Below are positions 20,893 to 29,965 of a DNA stretch of 64,000 bases, piece after piece. The stretch lies in NCBI GenBank assembly GCA_965224195.1, contig OZ245040.1, positions 1,024,001-1,088,000 of the forward strand, written 5' to 3'. A model generated the notes under the pieces. It made no database searches. It was not told where the DNA came from and worked only from the letters and a program-made list of their open reading frames with translations. How positions within the stretch are numbered: the first letter of the stretch is position 1; every line of letters begins with the position of its first letter. The position numbers were made by a program, and so were the translations under genes. The DNA comes from Nitrosopumilus sp. Its GTDB lineage: Archaea; Thermoproteota; Nitrososphaeria; Nitrososphaerales; Nitrosopumilaceae.

Positions 20893-20919
20893 TCACTGAA
20901 AATTATTAGAATCTGAAAA

Positions 20920-21003
20920 TCTTATCTTTCTATTCTTTTCATACTTGCTCAAATCAAACTCTTATCTTTCTATTCTTTTCATACTTGCTCAAATCAAACT
21001 CTT
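20920..21003 (+). repeat. Exact 40-bp tandem duplication
   Basis: CTTATCTTTCTATTCTTTTCATACTTGCTCAAATCAAACT occurs at 20921 and 20961. Confidence 0.97.
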
Positions 21004-21670
21004 TACTGATTACACATTCTCCATTTAATTTCATAACCTTAGTTGTGATTACTTTGTTATTTTCATTCAGATCTACGATGAGACTGTTTCCACCACATCG
21101 TCTGTTCTCAACATTAGCTGCTAAGATTGGGATTCTATTTTCTAATGCTCTAACTTGAACATACATTTGCCAAGGCTCAATTCCTCTCCTAACTATTCTA
21201 CTAGGAGAAAACAAAACTTGGGTTCCTTTTTTTACCAAAGTATTTGCTACTTTTGGAAATACCATATCATAGCAAATCACCACCCCGAATTTACAGGCAG
21301 TATTGAATATTTTAGTCTCATTTCCTGATTTTACATTGTCTCTTTCGTAATCAAAAGGGTGGATTTTCTCTTGCCTGTCTATGAATTCACCCTTTGGACC
21401 AATTACAGGCGATGTAATGGATGTTTTTTTCTTTGAAATATCATAAAATGCTCCTGGAATTATAGTCATGTTGAATTCTTTTGCTATTTTTTTAAATTCT
21501 AAAAACTCTAAATCAAAATCATTGATCTCATTATTTTTTAGCCATTGTTCTGGCAGGCATACAATGTCTGTGTTTCTTCTTCCTAATTTTTTAAGAATTT
21601 TTACTACGTGAGAAATTCCTTTTTGATTAGTATTTTGTGATACAGTTTGAATTAACCCTAACTTGACCAT
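20954..21670 (-). CDS. Carbon-nitrogen hydrolase (nitrilase superfamily), C-terminus clipped by the duplication
   Basis: E-K-C triad: LPEQW, EKIHP, ICYD; RALEN. Confidence 0.9.
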   Translation of the reverse strand: MVKLGLIQTVSQNTNQKGISHVVKILKKLGRRNTDIVCLPEQWLKNNEINDFDLEFLEFKKIAKEFNMTIIPGAFYDISKKKTSITSPVIGPKGEFIDRQEKIHPFDYERDNVKSGNETKIFNTACKFGVVICYDMVFPKVANTLVKKGTQVLFSPSRIVRRGIEPWQMYVQVRALENRIPILAANVENRRCGGNSLIVDLNENNKVITTKVMKLNGECVISKEFDLSKYEKNRKIRV

Positions 21671-21844
21671 GATTTTAGAATTATTTCTTAGTAATTATAG
21701 TAGGCGTAATTATGCGATCACTAATTAAAAATTATTATTTTATTTTCTACCGCTACGAAAAATATCATAACACAACAAGAAAAATTAATCAATTCTGTCA
21801 ACTAAACTTGTTAATCATCGATTATCCAACGTAATGAGAAATAA

Positions 21845-24800
21845 TTGTCATTGGTTCATGTTAAAAAAATTGAGATCTTTGGTTTTAAATCATTTGGATT
21901 TAAGAATACTACTGTACAGTTTGAACCAGGGCTAATTTCAATTTCTGGTCCAAACGGTTCTGGTAAAAGTAACATCTTAGATGCAATTCTTTTTGCAATG
22001 GGTGAAAATAAGCCCAAAGTTTTGAGAGTAGATAAACTACGATCTCTAATCCATGATGTTGAAGGTGCAAGACATGGAGCAAAAATGGCCAGATCAAGTG
22101 TTCACTTTGATAACTCTGATAGAAAAATTCCTGTAGATTCTGATGCTGTTGAAATTACAAGAGAAATGGATGCCAATGGCGAAAACACATACTATCTAAA
22201 TAAAAAGAAAACAAATCGAAGTAATATTCTTGATTTACTTGATATGGCAAATGCTGGTTTGGGTCAACTTAATGCTATACAACAAGGAACTGTAACTAGA
22301 ATATCTGAATTCACTTCAGAAGAAAAAAGAAAAACAATTGAAGATTTAATTGGACTATCCTATTTTGATGATAAAAAAGTGGAATCCGTAAAACAATTAG
22401 ATGAGGCAGATAGACGATTGGAAATTGCTCTTGCCAAAATGGGCGAAATTAAAAAGAGAATTGATGAATTAGAAGAAGAAAGAAATCAAAAATTACGCCA
22501 TGATATTTTAGAACGTGAGTTAAATCGCTATAACGCAATAGATGCGGCTAATAAAATGAAAGTTGTTACTAGTGTAAAGATCTCAAAAGAGACCACTTTG
22601 CACACTTTAACAACAGAAGTAGGAAAATTTGATGAAGAAAGAACTATTCTGAGAACAGATATTGAATCGCTTGAAACTGAAAAATCAAAATTAATGGGAG
22701 AAGCTAATAGTTACAATCAAACAAAATCTGCATTAGATACTGAAATTGCAGCTGCTATGGAACAATATGAAATTCACAATAGTGCAATATCTGCATCTCA
22801 AAAAAGAATTGAAAGAATCATTACACGAATTCCTGAATTAAAAATGGAATTAGAATCCATTGATGGTGCTAGAAATAATATTAACACTCAAATTCAAAAA
22901 ATAAAAGAATCAATACAAGAAACCAATGAAAAGAAAAACAGCATTGGAAAAGAACTAGAACTAGTAGATTCTCAAAGACAAAAAGTTTTGGCAGAACAAT
23001 CTGAAGCTGCTACTAAAAAATCTGAAATCGACGAAAAAATTAAAACACTTACTGTACAACTAAATGATACAAAATTAAAATTCTCAAAAATTCAACATGA
23101 AAAAGAACAATCTAAAAAAATTATCGAAGTCAATTCTACTAAACTATCTGAAACAGAATATGCAATTGAAGAATTAAGTATGGCAAAGTCTCAATTAGAA
23201 TCTTTAATAAAAAACAATGATGCTTCAATTGCTGAATTAAAATCTAGAATTAAAAAATTCCAAACAAAAAAATCTAATCTTATCACTGATATGGATGAAT
23301 GGGCACAAATAATTGAAAAATCTGATCAGCAAGCAACACGTTATGAATCAAAAATTAAAACTATAAAAGGGTTCATGCATGAGGATTACACTGTTGCAAA
23401 ATTAAAAGAAGATGCAGAAAGTCTTGGAATTGTAGGGTTAGTATACGAAATGATTTCATGGGATAAAAAATATGATCGTTCTGTTTTAGCGGTAAGTTCT
23501 GATTGGATTAAAGCAATTGTTGTTAATGACTTTGCCACATTACTTGGTATTGCTGAAGTTGCCAAAACCAAAAAACTTCCAAAACTCAAAATTATTCCAC
23601 TTGATGCCATTCCAAAATTCAAACTAACTATTCCAAAGGGACCTGGGGTATTGGGGGTCTTGTCTGACAATGTACGATGTGATCCTGCTTATTCTGCGCT
23701 CAAAACCTTCCTATTTGGAAACGTTGTGCTTACTGAGACTAGAGAATCTGCATACAATCTGTCTCAATCTGGTTACAAGGCAGTAACTATTGCTGGTGAG
23801 TTCTTTGAAGCCAAAGGTGGTACTGTCATAATTGATAATAATTCTAAAATTTCAAAACTCACAAAATTAATTTCTCTGAGCAGTGACATTGATGGTTTAT
23901 TCCAATCCATTAGTTTAGTCAAAAAGGTAATGTTGAATAAAAAACAAGAAATTAAAAAATTAGATAATGCTATTCAATTAAACACTGATAGACTTTCATT
24001 ATCTGAACAATCTTTGTCTTCTGCAACTGAAAATTATTCTAATTTGAAATCTAGAATTTTATCTACCCTTAACATGAAAGAACAATTGGGAAAGAGAATT
24101 TCTGATTTAACTATTAGAAATAACACAATTCAATCAGAAATTAGTACTAATGAATCTCACATTGACTCACTTAATGATAGAATTTCTATTGTTGAACAAA
24201 ACTATGCAAGTGGAGAGCAATCTAGAATTGCAAGTGAATTACAAAGAATTAATCTTAAAAAAACAGAGATTGAAAAATTACATACTACAATTATGAATGA
24301 GTATAGAGATAAAGAATCACAATTTGCCACTATGGAAACTCAAGATAATAGAGAAAAATCTCAATCTAATCGTCTTCATGAAGAAGAGGATTCTTTGAAA
24401 TTAGAACAACAAGAATTAGAAACTAAAATCATGGAACTTGAAATTCAAAAGGAATCCAAAAATGAAATACTTGTACAACTAAGAGAAAAAGAACAAGAAC
24501 TAATTTCTACATCCGGTTCATCCATTGGATGTATTAAAGAATTTGATGATAAACTCAAAGTATTATCTGAAAAAGATAAAGAATTGACTAAACAAATCAA
24601 TACAATTGAACGTCAAACTGATTCTCTTAATCGTGATCTTCGAGATTTAGTTGAAAAAGAGACTAAACTACAACAAGTTCTATCTGCATTTGGATTTGAT
24701 AAAGACATGGAAACATTTGATGTTGAACCAGTTGTACATGGATTGACTACTGAATTGTCTTCGCTAAATGCATTAAATGCCAAAGCTCCTGAAACTTATC

Positions 24801-25375
24801 TTGAAGTATCTTATGGATATCGTTCCATGTCTACAAGAAAGAATTCTCTTGAATCTGAAAGAAATTCTATTGTCAAATTCATTGAAGATATTGAAAAAGA
24901 TAAACGACAAACATTCTTGGATGCATTTGATACAGTCGATAAAGAAATCCGTTTAATTTTCAATAAAATGACTAATGGTAATGCATGGTTAGAATTACAA
25001 AATGAAGATGATATATTCAACTCTGGTATTTCATACTTGATTCAATTCCCAAATAAACCAAAAAGAGAATCTACCTCAATTAGTGGTGGTGAGAAAACAT
25101 TAGCTGCAATTGTATTTGTTCTAGCATTACAAAAATTAAAACCATCTACATTCTATCTCTTTGATGAAGTTGATGCTCACCTTGATGCACCAAACTCAGA
25201 ACGATTAGCAAAAATTTTAGAAGAACGTTCCAAGGAAAGTCAATTCATTATGGTATCTCTAAAAGACTCTGTAATTCAGAAAGCAAAATTGATCTATGGT
25301 GTATTCCCAAAGAATGGTGTCTCACATGTTATCACTTACAAAGATAAACGAATTCCTTCAATGAAAACTTCCTAG
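21845..25375 (+). CDS. smc: Chromosome segregation protein SMC
   Basis: FKSF, Walker A GPNGSGKSN, coiled coils with hinge, signature ISGGEK and Walker B FDEVDAHLD. Confidence 0.97.
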   Translation: MSLVHVKKIEIFGFKSFGFKNTTVQFEPGLISISGPNGSGKSNILDAILFAMGENKPKVLRVDKLRSLIHDVEGARHGAKMARSSVHFDNSDRKIPVDSDAVEITREMDANGENTYYLNKKKTNRSNILDLLDMANAGLGQLNAIQQGTVTRISEFTSEEKRKTIEDLIGLSYFDDKKVESVKQLDEADRRLEIALAKMGEIKKRIDELEEERNQKLRHDILERELNRYNAIDAANKMKVVTSVKISKETTLHTLTTEVGKFDEERTILRTDIESLETEKSKLMGEANSYNQTKSALDTEIAAAMEQYEIHNSAISASQKRIERIITRIPELKMELESIDGARNNINTQIQKIKESIQETNEKKNSIGKELELVDSQRQKVLAEQSEAATKKSEIDEKIKTLTVQLNDTKLKFSKIQHEKEQSKKIIEVNSTKLSETEYAIEELSMAKSQLESLIKNNDASIAELKSRIKKFQTKKSNLITDMDEWAQIIEKSDQQATRYESKIKTIKGFMHEDYTVAKLKEDAESLGIVGLVYEMISWDKKYDRSVLAVSSDWIKAIVVNDFATLLGIAEVAKTKKLPKLKIIPLDAIPKFKLTIPKGPGVLGVLSDNVRCDPAYSALKTFLFGNVVLTETRESAYNLSQSGYKAVTIAGEFFEAKGGTVIIDNNSKISKLTKLISLSSDIDGLFQSISLVKKVMLNKKQEIKKLDNAIQLNTDRLSLSEQSLSSATENYSNLKSRILSTLNMKEQLGKRISDLTIRNNTIQSEISTNESHIDSLNDRISIVEQNYASGEQSRIASELQRINLKKTEIEKLHTTIMNEYRDKESQFATMETQDNREKSQSNRLHEEEDSLKLEQQELETKIMELEIQKESKNEILVQLREKEQELISTSGSSIGCIKEFDDKLKVLSEKDKELTKQINTIERQTDSLNRDLRDLVEKETKLQQVLSAFGFDKDMETFDVEPVVHGLTTELSSLNALNAKAPETYLEVSYGYRSMSTRKNSLESERNSIVKFIEDIEKDKRQTFLDAFDTVDKEIRLIFNKMTNGNAWLELQNEDDIFNSGISYLIQFPNKPKRESTSISGGEKTLAAIVFVLALQKLKPSTFYLFDEVDAHLDAPNSERLAKILEERSKESQFIMVSLKDSVIQKAKLIYGVFPKNGVSHVITYKDKRIPSMKTS

Positions 25376-26337
25376 TCTAGTTTCACAAAACATGCTGAGT
25401 AGTGCTCTGCATTATTTTCTTCTAATGTCGGCTCTTCTATACATTTTTCAACGGCATATGGGCATCTTGCTCGAAATCTACATCCCTGATACACATCAAT
25501 ATCTAATGGGTCATTAATTCTAATTTTTCTCTCTTTGTGTAGATTGTCGGGATTAGGCTCTGAAATGGCATCAATTAATGCTTGAGTATATGGGTGTCTG
25601 GGATTTACCAACACTTGATTGATTGGTCCAATTTCAACAATTTTTCCCATATACAGAATACCTATTCTTTGACCAAAATATCTGGCAGTAGCCAAGTCAT
25701 GCGTAATATAGACAAATGAAATATTGTATTTTTTTTGTAATTCATGCATCAATTCTAACATTTCAGCCCTAATTGACACATCTAACATGGAAACTGGTTC
25801 ATCTGCCAATATCACTTTGGGTTTTAGTGCTAAAGCTCTTGCAAGTACCACTCTTTGTCTTTGTCCACCAGATAACATGTGAGGATATCTTTTTACAATT
25901 TCTTCAGCAGGTTCTAATTTTACTTCATGTAATACTTCGATTACTCTTTTTGTTCTGTCTTCTTTATTTCCAATTTTATGGATTTCAAGTGGTTCAGATA
26001 CAATGTCCCCAATCTTCATTCTAGGGTTGATGGAATCATATGGATCTTGATGTATCATTTGACAATTCATTCTAATTTTTGCTAAATTTTCTTTATTTTC
26101 ATCAATCTCTTGGTCTTCAAAAAATATTTTTCCAGAATCTGGTTGTATTGATTTAAGAATTAATTTAGCAATGGTTGATTTTCCAGAGCCTGATTCCCCA
26201 GCTAAAACAAAAACTTCCCCTTTTTTTAATGAAAATGATATGTCGTCAGTTGCTCTTACAGTTGTTGATTTTGTTCCAAACATTCCTTTTTTTGTGAAAT
26301 ATTTTTTCAAATGTTCTACTCTTAGAATTTCATTCAA
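25372..26337 (-). CDS. Oligopeptide/dipeptide ABC transporter ATP-binding subunit (OppF/DppF-like)
   Basis: GESGSGKST, LSGGQRQR, ADEPVSMLD, HPYT and GCRF..RC. Confidence 0.93.
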   Translation of the reverse strand: MNEILRVEHLKKYFTKKGMFGTKSTTVRATDDISFSLKKGEVFVLAGESGSGKSTIAKLILKSIQPDSGKIFFEDQEIDENKENLAKIRMNCQMIHQDPYDSINPRMKIGDIVSEPLEIHKIGNKEDRTKRVIEVLHEVKLEPAEEIVKRYPHMLSGGQRQRVVLARALALKPKVILADEPVSMLDVSIRAEMLELMHELQKKYNISFVYITHDLATARYFGQRIGILYMGKIVEIGPINQVLVNPRHPYTQALIDAISEPNPDNLHKERKIRINDPLDIDVYQGCRFRARCPYAVEKCIEEPTLEENNAEHYSACFVKLD

Positions 26338-26432
26338 TAGTTATTGTTGAATAAAGAAGTATATCAAGAAATATCTTTTATGCGTAAAATTTGGGATAAA
26401 GCATTTATGTTAAACAAAGACCGGTTTAATAC

Positions 26433-27455
26433 TTGAATGAAACAATCCAAAAAAATCGTGATTACAAAAAATATGTCATAGATTCAAAACTTCAATATTT
26501 CAAACCTCATGCTAGTAAAATAGAGAAAACATTTGCTGAAGAAATATCTTCAAGCTTGAATAGGAATTCTAAATTTATCACACCTAAATTTTTTTATGAT
26601 AAAAAAGGCTCTGATTTGTTTGAAAAAATCTGTACCCTTCCTGAATATTATCCTACACGAACTGAAATTTCCATTTTGAAGAATTTACAGACTGAATTAC
26701 CTTCATTTATTGATGATTCCTTTAGATTAGTTGAACTTGGTAGTGGTTCATCAGTGAAAACACGACTAGTACTTGATATTTTTACCAAAATGCAACAAAC
26801 TACAGAATATTTCCCAATTGACATCTCTGAAATTTTAACTGAAAGTTCAGAACAACTATTACAAGATTATGACAATCTTCGAATCACCGGAATTATTGAT
26901 ACATACGAAGGTGGTTTAGAATTTTTAAAAAATTATGATGATAAAAATAATCTTATTCTATTTTTAGGTTCTAGCTTTGGAAATTTTTCTCCTGCTGATG
27001 GCAAAATCTTTTTGGAAAAAATAAATTCTACAATGAAATCTGGCGATTTATTTTTAATTGGTTTGGATTTGGTAAAAGATTCACAAATTTTAGAATCTGC
27101 ATATGATGATACACAAGGTGTTACTGCAGAATTTAATCTCAATGTTCTGTCTAGAATAAATGATGAGCTTGATGCTGATTTTAATTTAAATAATTTTTCA
27201 CATTATTCTACTTACAATAAAGAGGATCAGAGAATTGAAATGTATTTGAAATCTTTAGTAAATCAGTCTGTTATAATTTCAAAATCTAATCTTTCATTAA
27301 ATTTAGAAAAAGATGAATTAATCCATACTGAATATTCTCATAAATATACTCTGGATCAAATTAAAACTCTTCTTGAAAGTACTGGATTCAAAATTAATCA
27401 TACTTGGTTAGATGAGAATACACATTTTTCATTAACCCTAGTCTCAAAAAACTAA
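26433..27455 (+). CDS. egtD: L-histidine N-alpha-methyltransferase
   Basis: PKFFYD..GS.LFE.I..LPEYYPTRTE, ELGSGS..KT, AYDD..GVTA.FN and TE.S.KY. Confidence 0.95.
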   Translation: MNETIQKNRDYKKYVIDSKLQYFKPHASKIEKTFAEEISSSLNRNSKFITPKFFYDKKGSDLFEKICTLPEYYPTRTEISILKNLQTELPSFIDDSFRLVELGSGSSVKTRLVLDIFTKMQQTTEYFPIDISEILTESSEQLLQDYDNLRITGIIDTYEGGLEFLKNYDDKNNLILFLGSSFGNFSPADGKIFLEKINSTMKSGDLFLIGLDLVKDSQILESAYDDTQGVTAEFNLNVLSRINDELDADFNLNNFSHYSTYNKEDQRIEMYLKSLVNQSVIISKSNLSLNLEKDELIHTEYSHKYTLDQIKTLLESTGFKINHTWLDENTHFSLTLVSKN

Positions 27456-28762
27456 ATATTTTCAGCACATCTGAAACCTGAGAACAACCATCTTTCATCT
27501 AGTCTGAAGAAATTTCTGTAACTTCCTCTAATTGACATCTTTGGTGTTCCAAAAGAACCTCCTCTCAAAACTTTTTGATTTGTAAACCATTTGTCATTAT
27601 ATTCGTCAAATCCTGACTTGAATCCTGGATATCCTGTATACTCTGATGATGTCCATTCCCAAACATCTCCAATCATTTGTTGACATCCTGAATTGCTTGC
27701 TCCATTTGGATATGCTCCTACTTCCAAACAGCCCCAATGATATGATTCAAGTAAATTACATTTATCATCAGTTGGTTTTTCATTTCCCCATGGGAATGTT
27801 GTTTTCTCTTGCTTGTCCTCATTCCAACAAGCGGCTTTTTCCCATTCAGCTTCAGTTGGGAGTCTTTTACCTGCCCACTTACAATATGCGTCTGCTTCAT
27901 AGAAACTTACATGACATACTGGTTCGTTTAGATTGATTTTTCTAATTCCTAAAAAGTCTCTTATGTACCATTCATCCTCAATTTTTTCCCAATACATTGG
28001 AGATTTCCATTTGTTTTCTTTGACTTTTTCCCATCCGTCTGATAACCAATATCGGTATGTCTCATATCCGCCGCTTTCCATAAATTCTAGATATTGTTTG
28101 TTTGTTACAGGAAATTTATCTATTTTGTAATCATTAAGATGGACCTTGTGTTCCGGTAATTCAATATCGTAACAAAATTCTTCTCCATTGTTTCCCATGG
28201 TGTATAATCCTCCTTTGATGTGGATTGATCTTCTTTCAATGTTTATCTGTTTTGTAATTCCATTTTTCTTTACAGGTCTGTATTGTTCTGCAAGTAAATG
28301 TTGTAAATCATACACTAAAAGTTCTTGATGTTGACATTCATGATGAAACCCTGTTATGATTAGTTTGATGGCATCTTCACTTAGTGTTTGAGTTTGAATA
28401 AATTTCTCAACTCTTTGATTTATTGTATTGAAATATTGAAAAATTTGATCAGTTGTTGGCCTTGAAACAACTCCCCTCAAACCTTTGTCATGAGGTACTC
28501 CAAATTGCTGATAATAGGAATTTAGATATTCTGAAAATTCTTTAGAGTAAAATTCATAATTTTTATCAATTTTGCTCATTATTGTTTCATAAATCCAACT
28601 TACATGTCCTAGATGCCACTTTGGTGGGCTCATGAAAAATGCAGTTTGAACTACAAAATCATCTTTTTCTAGAGTTTTTACTAATTCTAGTGTTCTACTA
28701 CGTGTCTCTTTAAACTGCTCTAGTAATGAAATTCCTGACTGCAACTCTGGATTGGAGGTCAA
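27452..28762 (-). CDS. egtB: Ergothioneine biosynthesis sulfoxide synthase
   Basis: DinB-like SPPKWHLGH and HECQHQEL Fe ligands plus an FGE-like domain (RLPTEAEWE, GDVWEWT, LRGGS); convergent with egtD. Confidence 0.92.
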   Translation of the reverse strand: MTSNPELQSGISLLEQFKETRSRTLELVKTLEKDDFVVQTAFFMSPPKWHLGHVSWIYETIMSKIDKNYEFYSKEFSEYLNSYYQQFGVPHDKGLRGVVSRPTTDQIFQYFNTINQRVEKFIQTQTLSEDAIKLIITGFHHECQHQELLVYDLQHLLAEQYRPVKKNGITKQINIERRSIHIKGGLYTMGNNGEEFCYDIELPEHKVHLNDYKIDKFPVTNKQYLEFMESGGYETYRYWLSDGWEKVKENKWKSPMYWEKIEDEWYIRDFLGIRKINLNEPVCHVSFYEADAYCKWAGKRLPTEAEWEKAACWNEDKQEKTTFPWGNEKPTDDKCNLLESYHWGCLEVGAYPNGASNSGCQQMIGDVWEWTSSEYTGYPGFKSGFDEYNDKWFTNQKVLRGGSFGTPKMSIRGSYRNFFRLDERWLFSGFRCAENI

Positions 28763-28970
28763 TATTGGAAAATTATGTTTTTTCTATTTTTATGTTTGTA
28801 GGTACTTTTACTGTGGGATATTCTCCCATCGGGTTTTGTCAGATCAGTTCAACACCCTGCCCTTTTGTTATTATACCATCCAAAATATTGCCCAAAAAAG
28901 GTTCAAGCCTTTACGGAATTGCACTCATGAGTAGAACACTTTATGAATGTCTGATTTGGAGAAAAAGAAA

Positions 28971-29654
28971 ATGAAAACTAGGCTTTTGATAATTTTACTT
29001 GTATTTGAAATGATGGCAATTGTAGGATTTATGCTTTCTGCATCTACGACGAAGATGTTGTTGGTTATCGCGGATGGTTAATTGATGGCAATTGTAGGAT
29101 TTTCTATGCTTTCTGCATCAGGACTGTCTTGTGGTATTCCTCTTTTTACAGAATCCTATGAAAGACATGACTTGCTATTACATGGAAAACTTGTTGAAAA
29201 AAACATTCCAGATTTCCTGTCCAACAAACACACTACTCTAATCTTTGATACAATCAAAGTGTACAAAGGAGAGTTTAGTAGCTCATTTACGATAAAAGCT
29301 GATCTTTCTTGGGATGATTACTATAGAGAGAGCGAAGAGTACATCTTGTTTGCAGATAAAGATGGAGATAACTATCTCAGAGAACTGTGTGTACCTGATT
29401 ATTTGGCATCTCCATCTATAGTTAAATTTCTTGATGATAATTCTTTTAAAACTTCAGAGGCTTATTTCTTGTATCTTCTGCTTCCAGAAGATGAATTAGA
29501 AGATGTTCACACTAGAATGAGTCTTTATACTGATTTGAACCGTGCTGAGAGACATAATGGTACTCCTTATCTGATTTATGCTAGCATTCTTGTCTTGATT
29601 GGAACAGGGATTTACTTTTTAGTGTATTTTCTAAAAAAGAGAATTAGAAAATGA
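28971..29654 (+). pseudogene. Secreted, C-terminally anchored TIMP/NTR-like-domain protein interrupted by a duplication/insertion with an in-frame TAA
   Basis: MKTRLLIILL... (28971-29081) is in frame with ORF 29082-29654 (LSCG..., F...KVYKG, EEYILFA...C, then TM and KKRIRK). Re-initiation at 29082/29085 could still give a product. Confidence 0.6.
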
Positions 29655-29896
29655 AAACATCTACTAAATTATCTTATCTGGGATTGATAGTGGCAACTAT
29701 CATGTTTTTTTATGGAATACTAGGAATAATTTCGGGGTTAGCGCCATTAATTATTGTGGGAATACCTTATGGGTTGGATGATATACAATTTATCGGAATT
29801 GCGATTCAGAATCTATTATCTGGCATAGTTCTTGTAATTCCTGGAATTGTACTGTATTGGAAATCTAAACTAATTAAGGAATTTTTAAGAAAATGA
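29651..29896 (+). CDS. Small two-TM membrane protein (MKT start, RK end)
   Basis: Two hydrophobic segments, bounded by junction motifs. Confidence 0.7.
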   Translation: MKTSTKLSYLGLIVATIMFFYGILGIISGLAPLIIVGIPYGLDDIQFIGIAIQNLLSGIVLVIPGIVLYWKSKLIKEFLRK

Positions 29897-29965
29897 AAAC
29901 TAGACATTCTCATTAGGGGTTTTATCTAATTGGTTCGAGTCTCTGAATTTTATTCAGTAATAATT

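Larger units (their letters stand above)
28966..29903 (+). repeat. Three copies of a stop/start junction motif AGAAAATGAAAAC (TAG-extended in copies 1 and 3)
   Basis: Copies at 28966-28978, 29646-29658 and 29888-29900. Each ends an ORF in ...RK* and starts the next with MKT through an ATGA overlap. Confidence 0.9.

Noticed and set aside
28726-28974. 82-aa ORF ending IWRKRK
   Set aside because: It overlaps the egtB start and lacks protein-like features. Only its last codons, the junction motif, look meaningful.
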